Assembly: GCA_046327925.1 (NCBI GenBank) | Contig: JAXLXM010000001.1 | Span: 462,390 to 526,389 of the forward strand | DNA from: Candidatus Binatia bacterium | GTDB lineage: Bacteria > Desulfobacterota > Binatia > HRBIN30 | DNA: 64,000 bases | Direction: 5' to 3' | In this document: one piece after another, positions 27,583 to 37,809 of the stretch | Position numbering within the stretch: position 1 is the first letter of the stretch | Layout of the letters: each line of letters opens with the position of its first letter | Made by a program: the position numbers and the translations under genes | Notes under the pieces: generated by a model | What the model saw: only the letters and a program-made list of their open reading frames with translations | Database searches by the model: none | What the model was told of the DNA's origin: nothing

Positions 27583-28725
27583 TCATTTCACGACGGCGGC
27601 GGCGCGCAGGCGCGCAATCGCGGCGGCGTCGTACCCCAGCATGACGAGAATCTCGTCGGTCTGCTGTCCCACCGCCACCGGCGGTCCCTGGATGTCCCCC
27701 GGCGTGCGGCTCAAGCGCGGCGCTGGCGCCGGCTGCACGACGCCGTCGCGCGTGACGAAGCTCCCGCGCGCGCGGTTGTGCGGGTGGTCCGGCGCCTCGT
27801 CCATCGACAGGACCGGTGCGAAACACACGTCGGTGCCCTCCATGAGCGCGCACCACTCGGCACACGTCCGCGTGCGAAACACGGCGGCCAGACGCTCCTT
27901 GAGGGCCGGCCAGCGGGCGGGCGTGAGATGGGCATCAAGCCCGGCTTCCGCCATCGGCACGCCGATCTTCTCCAGCAGCAGCGTGTAGAACTGGGGCTCG
28001 ATGGAACCGACACTGATCCATCGACCGTCGGCGCATTCGTAGGTGTCGTAGTAGTGCGCTCCGCCGTCCAGCATATTGTGCTGCCGCTCAGCGCTCCACA
28101 ACCCCAGGGCGCGCTGTGTCAGGTGGTAGGCAAGCAGGGAGACCACGCCGTCGGTGATCGCGGCATCGACCACCTGGCCTTTTCCGGACACGTCCCGTTC
28201 GACGAGTGCGGCAAGCACGCCGAGCAGCAGGTACATCGTACCGCCGCCGTAGTCGCCCAGCAGGTTCAGCGGCGGCACCGGACCGCCCTGGCGCCGGCCG
28301 ATGGCGGCGAGCGCGCCGGTGATGGCGATGTAGTTGATATCGTGGCCGGCGGCATGGGCAAGCGGTCCATCTTGCCCCCACCCCGTCATACGGCCGAAGA
28401 TCAGACGCGGATTACGTGCCAGGCAGACGTCGGGGCCCAGACCGTTCTTCTCCATCACGCCCGGCCTGAACCCCTCGAGCAGCACATCGGCCCAATCGAC
28501 GAGGCGCAACACCGCTTCGACCCCCGCGGGCTGCTTCAGGTCGACGGCAATCGACCGGCGGCCGCGGCCGGTAACGTCCGCCGGGTTATCGCCCAAGCTC
28601 GAACCGCCCTTGGTACGATCGACACGGACGACATCGGCACCGAGATCGGACAGCAGCATGCCGGCAAGCGGCACCGGGCCGATGGCGGCCATCTCGATGA
28701 TACGAATACCGTTGAGCGGTCCCAT
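27583..28725 (-). CDS. Alpha-methylacyl-CoA racemase-like family III CoA-transferase
   Basis: ORF 27583..28875 trimmed to ATG 28725 (AAGGAGGAA RBS). [46 protein letters not shown] and [24 protein letters not shown] closely parallel mycobacterial MCR motifs. Confidence 0.85.
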   Translation of the reverse strand: MGPLNGIRIIEMAAIGPVPLAGMLLSDLGADVVRVDRTKGGSSLGDNPADVTGRGRRSIAVDLKQPAGVEAVLRLVDWADVLLEGFRPGVMEKNGLGPDVCLARNPRLIFGRMTGWGQDGPLAHAAGHDINYIAITGALAAIGRRQGGPVPPLNLLGDYGGGTMYLLLGVLAALVERDVSGKGQVVDAAITDGVVSLLAYHLTQRALGLWSAERQHNMLDGGAHYYDTYECADGRWISVGSIEPQFYTLLLEKIGVPMAEAGLDAHLTPARWPALKERLAAVFRTRTCAEWCALMEGTDVCFAPVLSMDEAPDHPHNRARGSFVTRDGVVQPAPAPRLSRTPGDIQGPPVAVGQQTDEILVMLGYDAAAIARLRAAAVVK

Positions 28726-28899
28726 GGCTTCCTCCTTGTCGCAGCGACCGTGTGGTGTCTCAGAAGTTCGGACAACAACGTCGCCGGCGAATTTGCCGTC
28801 ATTCCCGCGAAGGGAATCCATCTCTGCAACCGGCACCTCCCCTACCTTGGACGCCCGCTCTGGCGGGCATGACAAGTCTCTTGAGACGCGGGCTGGCGT

Positions 28900-30186
28900 T
28901 CAACGCTTCGGACGGCGGATGTTTGCGGCGGTACCGACGGCGGCGGCGCGCACCAGATTCGCAATCTCCTCGGGTTCGTAGCCCAGCTCGGCAAGCAGCT
29001 CGCCGGTATGTTGACCGAGTGTTGGCGGCGCCTTGGAAACCCGGCCGGGCGTCCGATGGAACTTGATCGGCACCCCGGTGACCTTGACGGGCCCAATGCT
29101 CGCGTGTTGCGTGGCGACGATCATCTGGTTGTGATGGATCTGGGGATCGTCCGCTGCCTCCGTCACCTCATTTACGGGCGCGGTCAGCACGTCGGCGGCG
29201 ATCAGGCGCGCGACCAACTCATCGCGGGTAAAGTCCTTGCAGCGCGCATCGATCGCCCGCTCGAGTTCGTCCTCATTTGCCAGGCGGTGCTCGATGTCGC
29301 GGAAGCGAGCGTCCTCCACCCACTTGACGCCGAGACCCGCGCACAAGTTGCCGAAGAATTTCTCCGAGGGGCAGGTAATGACCGCTTTCTTACCATCCTT
29401 ACAAGTGAAGATCCCCGACGGTGCGAAGTACTGACTGCGGTTGCCGGTCTTCGGGGTCACCTCTCCGCAGGTCAGGTACGGTCCCAGGCCCGTGCACTGG
29501 GCATGCATGAGCGCATCGAGCAGGCAAATGTCGATGCGCTGGCCTTCGCCGGTCTGATCGCGCACGCGCAAGGCCGTGAGCGCGGCGATGGTTACGTGCA
29601 GCGACGTCATGACGTCGATTGCGGGAATACCCAGTCGCACCGGGGGCGCACCCGGATGTCCGTTGATTGCCAGCACCCCCGCGTACCCTTGCGCCAGGAA
29701 ATCGATGCCCCCACGCCCGGCGTACGGACCGTCCGCCCCAAATGCCGTCACGCCGATCCAGATGATGTCCTTGCGATGCTTGCGCACCGAGTCGTAATCC
29801 ATACCGAGGCGCGATAATGCCGGCTCACGCACGTTGGTGATCAATACGTCGGTAGTCGTCAGCAAGCGGGCAAACACCTGCTGCGCCGGCTCGCGCTTGA
29901 GGTCGAGGACCACATCGCGCTTGCTGCGGTTCAGACTGAGATATGCCGAGCGCTCCCCGTCGCGCGCCGGCCCGAGGTGCCGGCTCTCGTCGCCGTAGAA
30001 CGACTCGACCTTGATGACGTCGGCGCCAAGGTCTCCCATCAACGTGGCGCCATACGGCCCAGCCATCATGGTCGCCATGTCGAGCACGCGAATGCCCGCA
30101 AGGGGCCCGGCGCCATGCGCGGCCGTCCGGGGGCTCGTATCTCCGACGTTGGTCTTTGGACTTTGGACTTTGGGCCGTTCGCTCAC
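28900..30186 (-). CDS. Family III CoA-transferase (CaiB/BaiF)
   Basis: ORF 28900..30477. No ATG precedes the conserved LAGIRVLDMATMMAGPYGATLMGDLGADVIKVE, so GTG 30186 (GTGA overlap with the upstream stop) is proposed. The start is uncertain. Confidence 0.8.
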   Translation of the reverse strand: MSERPKVQSPKTNVGDTSPRTAAHGAGPLAGIRVLDMATMMAGPYGATLMGDLGADVIKVESFYGDESRHLGPARDGERSAYLSLNRSKRDVVLDLKREPAQQVFARLLTTTDVLITNVREPALSRLGMDYDSVRKHRKDIIWIGVTAFGADGPYAGRGGIDFLAQGYAGVLAINGHPGAPPVRLGIPAIDVMTSLHVTIAALTALRVRDQTGEGQRIDICLLDALMHAQCTGLGPYLTCGEVTPKTGNRSQYFAPSGIFTCKDGKKAVITCPSEKFFGNLCAGLGVKWVEDARFRDIEHRLANEDELERAIDARCKDFTRDELVARLIAADVLTAPVNEVTEAADDPQIHHNQMIVATQHASIGPVKVTGVPIKFHRTPGRVSKAPPTLGQHTGELLAELGYEPEEIANLVRAAAVGTAANIRRPKR

Positions 30187-31394
30187 GGTATCGCTCCCTG
30201 CTCCTTGAAGACGCCCACATCCTCCCACGAGTAGCCGAGGGTTTCGGTGAGGACCATTTCGGTGTCCTGTCCGAGTTCCGGACCCAGGCTGCGCACTGCG
30301 CCGGGAGTCTTGCTCAGGCCGATGGGAAGGCCGCGGACCTTCACTTGACGCTGGACTTCTTCGCAATAGGTCTCGACGAAGTAGTTGTTCGCCCAGGCTT
30401 GCGGATCCGCCGCCAGATCGGCGAGGGTTTGAACCGGGCTGGCGGCGATACCCGCGGCCGTCCAGCGCGCCATCCACTCGTCCGCGTTCCGCCTCTTGAC
30501 GATCTTATCGAGCTGGGCGATGAGACGCTTGGCGTGCTTGCGTCGTTTGTCCGCGCCATCGAAGCGCGCGTCGTTGAGCAATTCCGTCGCCTCGAGGCTC
30601 TGGCACAGGCGGGCCCAGTCCGTGTCGGTATTGGGCACACAGAGAAACACCCACTTGTCTTTGGCCCGATAGAGGTTCCACAGCGGATTTTCCGCCGTCT
30701 TCCGCGACTGCTGCTTGGCGTATTTCTCGTCGCCGGTCGCCAGATACGCTTGCAGCGTCGGCGCGGTCAGAAACAACTGCGCCCCATACAGGGAGGCATC
30801 GAGCATCTGCCCCTTGCCGGTACGATTGCGGTGATGCAGGGCCAGCATGATGCCGAACGCGGATAGCAGTCCGCCGTAGGCGTCGCCGGACCCCATACCG
30901 AGATAGATCGGCGGCTGGCTCGGCTCGCCGAGGCGCGCCATCAGACCCGTCAGCGCCTGCACGGTCATGTCGAAGGACGGCCGGTTGACCTGTCCGAGGC
31001 GCCCGTACCCGGTGTTAGTGGCGTAGATGAGCCGCGGGTTGACTGCGCTGAGCTTGGCGTAGCCGAGATCCCAACTCTCCAGGAGATCCAGGCCCATATT
31101 GGAGAGGAACACGTCGGACTTCTCCACCAGGCGGTACATGATCTCCCGGCCGGTTGGCTTCTTCAAATCGAGCGCCACGCTCTTCTTGTTGCGGTTGATG
31201 ACCAGAAAGTACTGGTTCCACTCCCCGACCGGCACGTTCTTGATGCTGCGCACGCCACGGGCTTGATCGCCACCCTGCGGACGCTCGACCTTGATGACCT
31301 CGGCGCCGAAATCGGCCAGGTGCTGCGCGGCAACCGGCCCTTGAAACCACACCGTCAGATCGATGACCCGAATTCCTTCCAATGCGCTGGCCAC
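30183..31394 (-). CDS. Family III CoA-transferase (CaiB/BaiF)
   Basis: 403 aa, GTG start with GAGGGAGG RBS. LEGIRVIDLTVWFQGPVAAQHLADFGAEVIKVERPQGGD, GSGDAYGGLLSAFGIMLAL. Confidence 0.88.
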   Translation of the reverse strand: MASALEGIRVIDLTVWFQGPVAAQHLADFGAEVIKVERPQGGDQARGVRSIKNVPVGEWNQYFLVINRNKKSVALDLKKPTGREIMYRLVEKSDVFLSNMGLDLLESWDLGYAKLSAVNPRLIYATNTGYGRLGQVNRPSFDMTVQALTGLMARLGEPSQPPIYLGMGSGDAYGGLLSAFGIMLALHHRNRTGKGQMLDASLYGAQLFLTAPTLQAYLATGDEKYAKQQSRKTAENPLWNLYRAKDKWVFLCVPNTDTDWARLCQSLEATELLNDARFDGADKRRKHAKRLIAQLDKIVKRRNADEWMARWTAAGIAASPVQTLADLAADPQAWANNYFVETYCEEVQRQVKVRGLPIGLSKTPGAVRSLGPELGQDTEMVLTETLGYSWEDVGVFKEQGAIP

Positions 31395-31417
31395 GTCGCC
31401 TCCCTCTTTCCGTCACC

Positions 31418-32608
31418 CTACCAGGCGACGACCCCTCTTGCCTGCAGGTCGCCGATGCGATCCTCGGAATACCCCAGCATGTCGTGGAGGATCTCGGCGG
31501 AATGCTGCCCGCGACACGGGGCGGTGCGGTTGAGGCGGCCCGGGGTCTCGCTCATGAAGAGGGGGAATCCGAGGGTCTTGACCCGCCCCACGCCGGGACG
31601 CTCCAGATCCAGGATGTAGCGATTGCGCACCGTCTGCGGATCGTTCGCCGGATAATCGAACTGCTCGATGATGTCCGCCGAAAGCTGCCGTTCGGTCAGT
31701 TCGCGTTTCCAATGCGCCGCTGGTTGCCGTTGGAAGATCTCCTCCAGGACGCGTAGCATCTCCAACCGCGATTCGCCGCAGCGCTTCTCGTGCGTGTCGA
31801 ATCGTGGATCGTTCTGGTCCAAGCCAACCATGGCGGCAAAGCCCGGCCACCAGCGGTCGGTATCCGGCATGGTCACGCACACCCAGCGCCCATCGCTCGA
31901 CGGGTAGAGCACCCCGCTCATGGGGTTGCCGGCCTCCAGTCGAGACGCCGGATGCAGAAAGCGTTCCCCGCCCATAGCCAGGAAGGCCTGGAGGTCCAAG
32001 CTCGCGCCGTACATATTGCCGGCAAGCAGCGAGACATCCACCTCCTGGCCCTCGCCGCTCGCCTGGCGATGCTGGAGCGCGATGGAGACGCCGAGGGCGA
32101 GCATGACCGCGACGTACAGCGGTCCGGTGCCCGCATAGACGGGCGGCTGACCGGGCTGAGGGAGAATCGGCATCATACCCGTGCGCGCCGCCGCAAGTTC
32201 ATCGAGGACCGGCAAATCGCGGTCCGGCCCTTGCGGACCGAAGCCGGTCTCCCGCGCGTAGATGATCGCGGGCTTCAGGGCGCACACCGCTGCGTAGTCC
32301 AACCCCCGCTGCTCGAGCGCCAGGCGCGGCCAGTCGGTCAGCAGCACGTCCGCCTTGCCGAGGAGTTCCCGCAGGATCCCCCGCCCCATGTCGCTGTCGA
32401 GGTCGAGGGCGAGGCTCAGCTTGTTGCGGTGCGCCAGCTCCGCCTCGTAATCCCACGCGGCATCGCCGCGCTGCGCCACGGACTCCTGGGACACGCATTC
32501 GATGCGAATCACCCGGGCGCCGAAATCCGCCAACAGGGCGCTGGCGACCGCGGCGCCAAAGGTAGTGGTCAGTTCTACAACAACAACGTCATCGAGCGCT
32601 TTCGACAT
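31418..32608 (-). CDS. Family III CoA-transferase paralog lacking the usual catalytic Asp
   Basis: ORF 31418..32632 (TTG) trimmed to ATG 32608 (GAGG RBS). LDDVVVVELTTTFGAAVASALLADFGARVIRIE. The active-site-equivalent segment reads YAGTGPLYVAVMLALGVSIALQHRQASGEGQEVD. Confidence 0.8.
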   Translation of the reverse strand: MSKALDDVVVVELTTTFGAAVASALLADFGARVIRIECVSQESVAQRGDAAWDYEAELAHRNKLSLALDLDSDMGRGILRELLGKADVLLTDWPRLALEQRGLDYAAVCALKPAIIYARETGFGPQGPDRDLPVLDELAAARTGMMPILPQPGQPPVYAGTGPLYVAVMLALGVSIALQHRQASGEGQEVDVSLLAGNMYGASLDLQAFLAMGGERFLHPASRLEAGNPMSGVLYPSSDGRWVCVTMPDTDRWWPGFAAMVGLDQNDPRFDTHEKRCGESRLEMLRVLEEIFQRQPAAHWKRELTERQLSADIIEQFDYPANDPQTVRNRYILDLERPGVGRVKTLGFPLFMSETPGRLNRTAPCRGQHSAEILHDMLGYSEDRIGDLQARGVVAW

Positions 32609-32741
32609 CGGCGATGACCTCGGGTTCGTCAATCAATAGGTGCGGCGCCCGCCATTCCCGCCGCCGCACCGGTGCGGCGGGCAACCCCGGTCGCCCGCCA
32701 TACGGTGGCTATCCGTCGTCGCTCCACCCATCGGTGGGCGA

Positions 32742-34733
32742 TTAAATCCCCAACCCGATCATGGCGCCATGTTCGGTCGACTCCGCCATACGGCGCGGGG
32801 TCCAGGCCGCGCCGGCCAGGTAGAGCTTGGCGACGCCACCTTCGGCCTTGAGGCGATCGTACAGCGCATGCTGCGGGACTGCCCCGTAGACCAGGACCAC
32901 GTTGTCGAAGCCATCCTTACGGTAGGTATGCCCACCGTACGACGACACGAACTCGAGACCGTCGGCCTTGATTTCGGTGAGAATGAGGTTCGGATGCACG
33001 ATGACGCCGCAGTCTTCCATACGGCGTGCGACCATCCCGATCGAATATCGGGCAATCTCGACACCTAGGTGGAGCGATTTGTGGAACACCTCCACCTGCT
33101 TGCCCTGCTCGGCGAGATATTCCGCCACGCAGGGTGTTTCGTAGTAGTCTTCTTGCGAAATGAGGGCCACTCGCTTTCCGGCGACCGTCGCCTTGCCCTG
33201 CATGACGTCCCAGCCCTGAGCCACGTGCGGCAGATCGATCCCGGGCACCTCCAGGGGTACGCGCGGGGTCGCGCCGGTGGCAATCACCACGGCGTCCGGC
33301 GACAGCGCCCTGATGGCGGCGATATCCGCCGTGGTCTGCAGCCGTACATCGACGCCGACCCGCTCCATTTCGTTTTCTTCGAAATACACCTGGTCTTCGA
33401 AATCGTCGCGCCCGGGGGCCTTCATGGCGATCAGCAACTGGCCACCCAGGCGCTTGCCCTGCTCGAGCAGGGTCACCTTGTGGCCGCGCATCGCCGCTAC
33501 CCGCGCGGCCTCACAGCCGGCTAGCCCGCCGCCGATAACCACCACGTGTTTCGTCGTCTCCGCCGGCCGGTACTGCTGTCTCCAGCGAACCTCGTTACCG
33601 CAGAGCGGATTGATCGAGCACCGCGGTTTGTAGGGTAGCGTCAGCGGCTCCGACGCCTCATCGATGCAGCGCGTGCAACTGATGCAGCGGCGAATCTCGC
33701 TCAGCCGACCTTCGCGCGCCTTCTTGGCGAATTCGGGATCGGAGATGCCGGCGCGCGCCATGCCCACCAGATCGCAGTATCCGTCCTTGAGGAGATCCTC
33801 GGCCACAACCGGGTCGTTGACGCGTCCGGTGAACATGACCGCGATTTTCCGGTCCAGGTCGGTGCGCGCCGCCTTGCCGGCCTCGCGAAACTGGGCATGA
33901 CTGTAGTACGACGACGGCACATAGGACGGCGCCCCCCAGCAGTGGCCGACATCGATATCGACGAAGTTGATCAGGCCGGTTTCGCCGATGTTATACAGCA
34001 TCTCTCGCATTTCCAGCAGGTCGTAGCCGCCCTGCCGGAACTCGAAGCCGCTGATGCGAATGCCGAGCCCTAGTTTGTCGCCGATCGTCTTACGGACGCG
34101 TTGCAGCACTTCCACGACGAAACGGATACGCTCCTGCGGGCCACCGCCCCAGCGGTCGGTGCGCCGATTGGTTACCGGGGACAGGAAGCAGTAGCACAAC
34201 GTCTCGTGCGCACAGTGAATTTCGATGCCGTCCGCTCCCGCGTTCTTGGCCACGGTGGCCGCCTTGGCGTAGCTGTTGATGAAGAATTCGATCTCCTCTT
34301 CGCCGACGGCATGCGGGGTGTAGTCCTGCGCCCCGATCACCGGAATTTCCGACGGCGACCACACCGCACTCAGGTGGGTCAATTGCGCGATAGCGACCGC
34401 GCCGGCGCGGTGCACTTCGGCGTAGAATTTCGCCAGGGTCTCGGCGAAGCCGGGACCTTCATAGATGGGGAAATGCGCGGCAAACCCCACGGGAAGGCCG
34501 ATCTCATCGGCTGCCTCCGGTGGAAACGGCGAATCGAGTAGCCAGGTTTCACTGCCGATCCAGCCGGTGCCGCCCCAGGCCTTGCCGGCATGGTGCGCGA
34601 TAAAGTTGTCGTCGAAGATACCCGGGGTCATCGACGCATTGATGGAATTGGTGGGCTCGCAGATCCGGTTGGGCACCAGCATGGGCCCGACCTGCAAGGG
34701 CGAAAAGAGGTGTTCGAACTTTACCTTAGCCAT
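32742..34733 (-). CDS. OYE-family NADH:flavin oxidoreductase fused to FAD/NAD(P) domain (2,4-dienoyl-CoA reductase-like)
   Basis: 663 aa. FSPLQVGPMLVPNRI, HCAHETLCYCFLSPVTNRRTDRWGG, Fe-S Cys cluster RRCISCTRCID...CSINPLCG, Rossmann motif HVVVIGGGLAGCEAA. Confidence 0.88.
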   Translation of the reverse strand: MAKVKFEHLFSPLQVGPMLVPNRICEPTNSINASMTPGIFDDNFIAHHAGKAWGGTGWIGSETWLLDSPFPPEAADEIGLPVGFAAHFPIYEGPGFAETLAKFYAEVHRAGAVAIAQLTHLSAVWSPSEIPVIGAQDYTPHAVGEEEIEFFINSYAKAATVAKNAGADGIEIHCAHETLCYCFLSPVTNRRTDRWGGGPQERIRFVVEVLQRVRKTIGDKLGLGIRISGFEFRQGGYDLLEMREMLYNIGETGLINFVDIDVGHCWGAPSYVPSSYYSHAQFREAGKAARTDLDRKIAVMFTGRVNDPVVAEDLLKDGYCDLVGMARAGISDPEFAKKAREGRLSEIRRCISCTRCIDEASEPLTLPYKPRCSINPLCGNEVRWRQQYRPAETTKHVVVIGGGLAGCEAARVAAMRGHKVTLLEQGKRLGGQLLIAMKAPGRDDFEDQVYFEENEMERVGVDVRLQTTADIAAIRALSPDAVVIATGATPRVPLEVPGIDLPHVAQGWDVMQGKATVAGKRVALISQEDYYETPCVAEYLAEQGKQVEVFHKSLHLGVEIARYSIGMVARRMEDCGVIVHPNLILTEIKADGLEFVSSYGGHTYRKDGFDNVVLVYGAVPQHALYDRLKAEGGVAKLYLAGAAWTPRRMAESTEHGAMIGLGI

Positions 34734-34799
34734 GGAGCGCTTCTCCTGATGGATTTGACGAAATCTCGCGCCCGACTCTTCGGGCGGCCGCGACGATAC

Positions 34800-35372
34800 T
34801 TACTGATCCGGAGTGATGAGAATGACGGGGAACTCCCGCGTCGTGAACATCTGAAAATACGCCCACAGCGCCTGACCGTCCTTCAGCAGGCGCGGCCACA
34901 ACCGGGCCTTTTCCTCCCGACTCAGTCGGCGCGCCGTCGCCGGGGTCTTCTTGTCCTTCTCCTGCACCCACACGCGCGGGTTCTTCTCCAGGTTCAGGTA
35001 CCATTGGGGATAGATATCGTAGCCGCCGAGCGAGGCCACGATGTAATAGCCGTTGCCTTCGCGCACGACGTTGACGGGAGTGGTAAACTGTTTTCCCGAC
35101 TTGCGGCCGGTGGTGGTCAACAACACCGTGGACGTATCCCCTAATTGGGTCGATTCCTGCCCAGCGGTTTCCAGAAGTTTCTCCCGATCGCCCACCGCGT
35201 CGGCCTTGATACGCCCGAGGGAGGTGACCTTGTCACCCACCGCCGCCCAGACGTCGTCCGGCAACGTCCGGTTCAACATGGCGATGGTTTCCCGTGTCAC
35301 CTGCCACTCCGCCTCCGTCATGAAATCGGGCTTCGTGAGCTTGTCGATGTCGAGTTTTTCACCCCTCTTCAT
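34800..35372 (-). CDS. Deazaflavin (F420H2)-dependent nitroreductase/quinone-reductase family protein
   Basis: ORF 34800..35843 trimmed to ATG 35372 (GGAGGGA RBS). LLTTTGRKSGKQFTTPVNVV...YPQWYLNLEKNPRVWVQ is the DDN-family signature. It carries an unusual ~70 aa N-terminal extension. Confidence 0.75.
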   Translation of the reverse strand: MKRGEKLDIDKLTKPDFMTEAEWQVTRETIAMLNRTLPDDVWAAVGDKVTSLGRIKADAVGDREKLLETAGQESTQLGDTSTVLLTTTGRKSGKQFTTPVNVVREGNGYYIVASLGGYDIYPQWYLNLEKNPRVWVQEKDKKTPATARRLSREEKARLWPRLLKDGQALWAYFQMFTTREFPVILITPDQ

Positions 35373-35530
35373 TATCCCTCCATTTTCGGGACGACGCCCG
35401 CCTGCTCGCGGCACGACCGGGTCCGTAGCACTTCTGCGCGCTTCGTTCGAACGGACCGGTGCGGCTGTACGGATGAAGATTACTATTCCTGTTCCCGGAT
35501 TAAAAGCGGTGCTCCCGCGCCAGCGCAGCG

Positions 35531-36433
35531 CTAACGGCACTTCGCGATCATGCCCTCCGCATACCGTTTGATGGCCTCCAGCTTCACCGCCAGTGGAGGC
35601 TGTTGTCGCATGATTTCGCCCACGCCCATTTCGGCGAGGATGCCGGGGACACTCCACGGCGTGATCTGCAAATCGGTGACTCCCAGATCCTCCAAGCGAC
35701 GGATGTCGTCCACAGTTTCGGCATCGGGGCAATGCATCATGACATCGAACGGCTCGTTCTCGCGTCCAAACTCTCGGCGGTAGCCGTTCAACTCCGCCAG
35801 CACCCCAGCGACCTGGTCCTTGTTGTGAATGACACTGACCCAACCGTCGCCGAAGCGCGCCGCCCGTCGCAACGCCGGTTTCGAGGTTCCACCCACGTAA
35901 ATCGGAACGGGCTTCTTGGGGACGGGCGCCATGATCAACCGGTCGAAATCGAAGTACTTGCCGTGGAACTCCTGCATACCGCCTTTCATGAGGAGGCGAA
36001 GGATTTGAATCGCCTCATTCTGGCGAGCCCCGCGCGTCTTCATGTCCTGGTGCAGCCACTTGAACTCTTCGGGCATCCACGCCAGACCGACGCCCAAGGC
36101 GACCCGGTCGTTGGAGATCGCCGCCACCGAAAAGAGCGCTTTGGCCTCGAGCAGCGGCTGGCGGATGGCCAGCCTGAGTACGGAGGGCAGGAAGCGAATG
36201 CGCTTGGTCACCGTGGCCATGTGGGTGATGGCCACCCAGGGGTCGAGGACGGGAACATCGAGGGGCCAGAAGCGGCTGCCATCGGGCGTGTAGGGGTAGG
36301 GAACGGCGGTCACCTCGGGGAAGAAAGGAGCATCCGCCACCTGAATGCTGTCCCAGCCGCACGCATCGGCCGTGCGCGCGATATCGAGAAACTCCGAAGG
36401 GTCGACCATGAACATATGAAACCCAAACCGCAT
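35531..36433 (-). CDS. Luciferase-like monooxygenase family, probable F420-dependent oxidoreductase
   Basis: 300 aa, AAGGAGAAAA RBS. MRFGFHMF..., RVALGVGLAWMPEEF, PKKPVPIYVGGTSKPALRRAARFGDGW. Confidence 0.8.
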   Translation of the reverse strand: MRFGFHMFMVDPSEFLDIARTADACGWDSIQVADAPFFPEVTAVPYPYTPDGSRFWPLDVPVLDPWVAITHMATVTKRIRFLPSVLRLAIRQPLLEAKALFSVAAISNDRVALGVGLAWMPEEFKWLHQDMKTRGARQNEAIQILRLLMKGGMQEFHGKYFDFDRLIMAPVPKKPVPIYVGGTSKPALRRAARFGDGWVSVIHNKDQVAGVLAELNGYRREFGRENEPFDVMMHCPDAETVDDIRRLEDLGVTDLQITPWSVPGILAEMGVGEIMRQQPPLAVKLEAIKRYAEGMIAKCR

Positions 36434-36517
36434 GGCTTTTCTCCTTAGGATGAGATGCGTATCGAGCTGAGAGCGAGAACCACCTATGGTACGGGCCTAG
36501 CGAACACCGCTTGCCAA

Positions 36518-37141
36518 TCAGGCCGGCGGGGACGGACCACCGAACAGGCGTCGAAAGAAATTGCCGATCGCCGACCAGATGACTTTGAAGACGATGGGGA
36601 GGATGCGCAGCGGTGGCGGTTCGCCAGCCGTTGCCGGCGCGGGGGCCGGCGGTCCGGATTCGCTGGATGCCGGTGGCGCTTGCGCCTCGGTGGGTTCCAG
36701 CTGGCCTTTCACCCGGGCGACAAATTGGAGGAACAGTTGGTGCGCCACGCCTTGAATCATGCCCCGGCCCACCTGCATGATGCGTCCGGTCAGATCCACG
36801 TTGGCTTCCACCACCATCTCGGTTGTCGCCGCGGACAGCGGCCGCAGCCGGACCGCAATCGTTCCCTTGGCCATACCCCCGCCGGTCTCGCGCCCGTCCG
36901 CTGCCATCCGCACGACATGGGCCTGTTCGTCCACCTGCGTGAACTGGACGCGCCCTTTGTAACTCGTCGTAATGGCGCCAACCTTGATTTTGACGGTCCC
37001 CAAGAAGGTGCTCGCGTCGACGACCTCGTCGAGTTGCGCCCCGGGCATGCACGTGACCACCCTGTGCGGATCGATGATGAAGGGCCATACCTTCTCCACT
37101 GGGACCCGCACCTCAACCTGCTCTCGAATCTCGATCGCCAT
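36518..37141 (-). CDS. CoxG-like SRPBCC protein with C-terminal Pro-rich linker and hydrophobic helix
   Basis: 207 aa. VEKVWPFIIDPHRVVTCMPGAQL...GTVKIKVGAITTSYKGRV...DLTGRIMQVGRGMIQGVAHQL, then LRILPIVFKVIWSAIGNFFRRLF. Confidence 0.8.
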   Translation of the reverse strand: MAIEIREQVEVRVPVEKVWPFIIDPHRVVTCMPGAQLDEVVDASTFLGTVKIKVGAITTSYKGRVQFTQVDEQAHVVRMAADGRETGGGMAKGTIAVRLRPLSAATTEMVVEANVDLTGRIMQVGRGMIQGVAHQLFLQFVARVKGQLEPTEAQAPPASSESGPPAPAPATAGEPPPLRILPIVFKVIWSAIGNFFRRLFGGPSPPA

Positions 37142-37161
37142 CCGCGTCGTCCTGGACTCGT

Positions 37162-37809
37162 CTACGATAGAGCCCTTATCTTCTCGTCCCGCATCATGTC
37201 AACGACCCGTTCGTAGTCATCGACGGTATCGATGTCGGCGGGCGCCTCCCCGTCGACGGGAACATCCGTCAACCACTCCGGATGCGTTGCTATCAGTGCC
37301 CGCGCACCTGCGTCTCCTACAAGGCAGCCGACCGCCGGCCAGATCTCGCGCGCCAGGAATACCGGGTGGCCCGGTACGCGACCGGCCACGCCCGTGTAGA
37401 CCGGACGCACGATCGGTGTCGTCGCCTCCAGAAAGGCCTCCGCCACCCGGTCGATCAGGGCGGCCGCGATCTGGGGCTGATCGCCGAGCAGGATCGCGGC
37501 GGCGACCGAACGCGGGTCAGCGGCGCCCAACCCGGTGCGTAGGGAACTGCTCTGCCCCTGGGCGTAGTCCGGGGTGACGACCACCCGGGCGGCCAGGCCA
37601 GCGGGCAGGCGGACCGCGGCGCGAATCTCGTCCGCGCGACAACCGAGAACGAGAACGAGTTCGTTCAGGCGCGACGCACCGACGGTATCCAACGCGTGCT
37701 GCAGCAGACACCGGCCCCTGAGCGTCAGGAGCTGCTTGGGTCGGCCCATGCGTACGGACGCACCGGCGGCGAGAACAATGGCGGAGAGGAAGGGCTCAGC
37801 TGGCCGCAT
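37162..37809 (-). CDS. MobA/MocA-like nucleotidyltransferase (molybdenum cofactor cytidylyl/guanylyl-transferase family)
   Basis: ORF 37162..38001 trimmed to ATG 37809 (14-nt overlap with xdhC-like stop). AIVLAAGASVRMGRPKQLL, LLGDQP. Confidence 0.8.
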   Translation of the reverse strand: MRPAEPFLSAIVLAAGASVRMGRPKQLLTLRGRCLLQHALDTVGASRLNELVLVLGCRADEIRAAVRLPAGLAARVVVTPDYAQGQSSSLRTGLGAADPRSVAAAILLGDQPQIAAALIDRVAEAFLEATTPIVRPVYTGVAGRVPGHPVFLAREIWPAVGCLVGDAGARALIATHPEWLTDVPVDGEAPADIDTVDDYERVVDMMRDEKIRALS

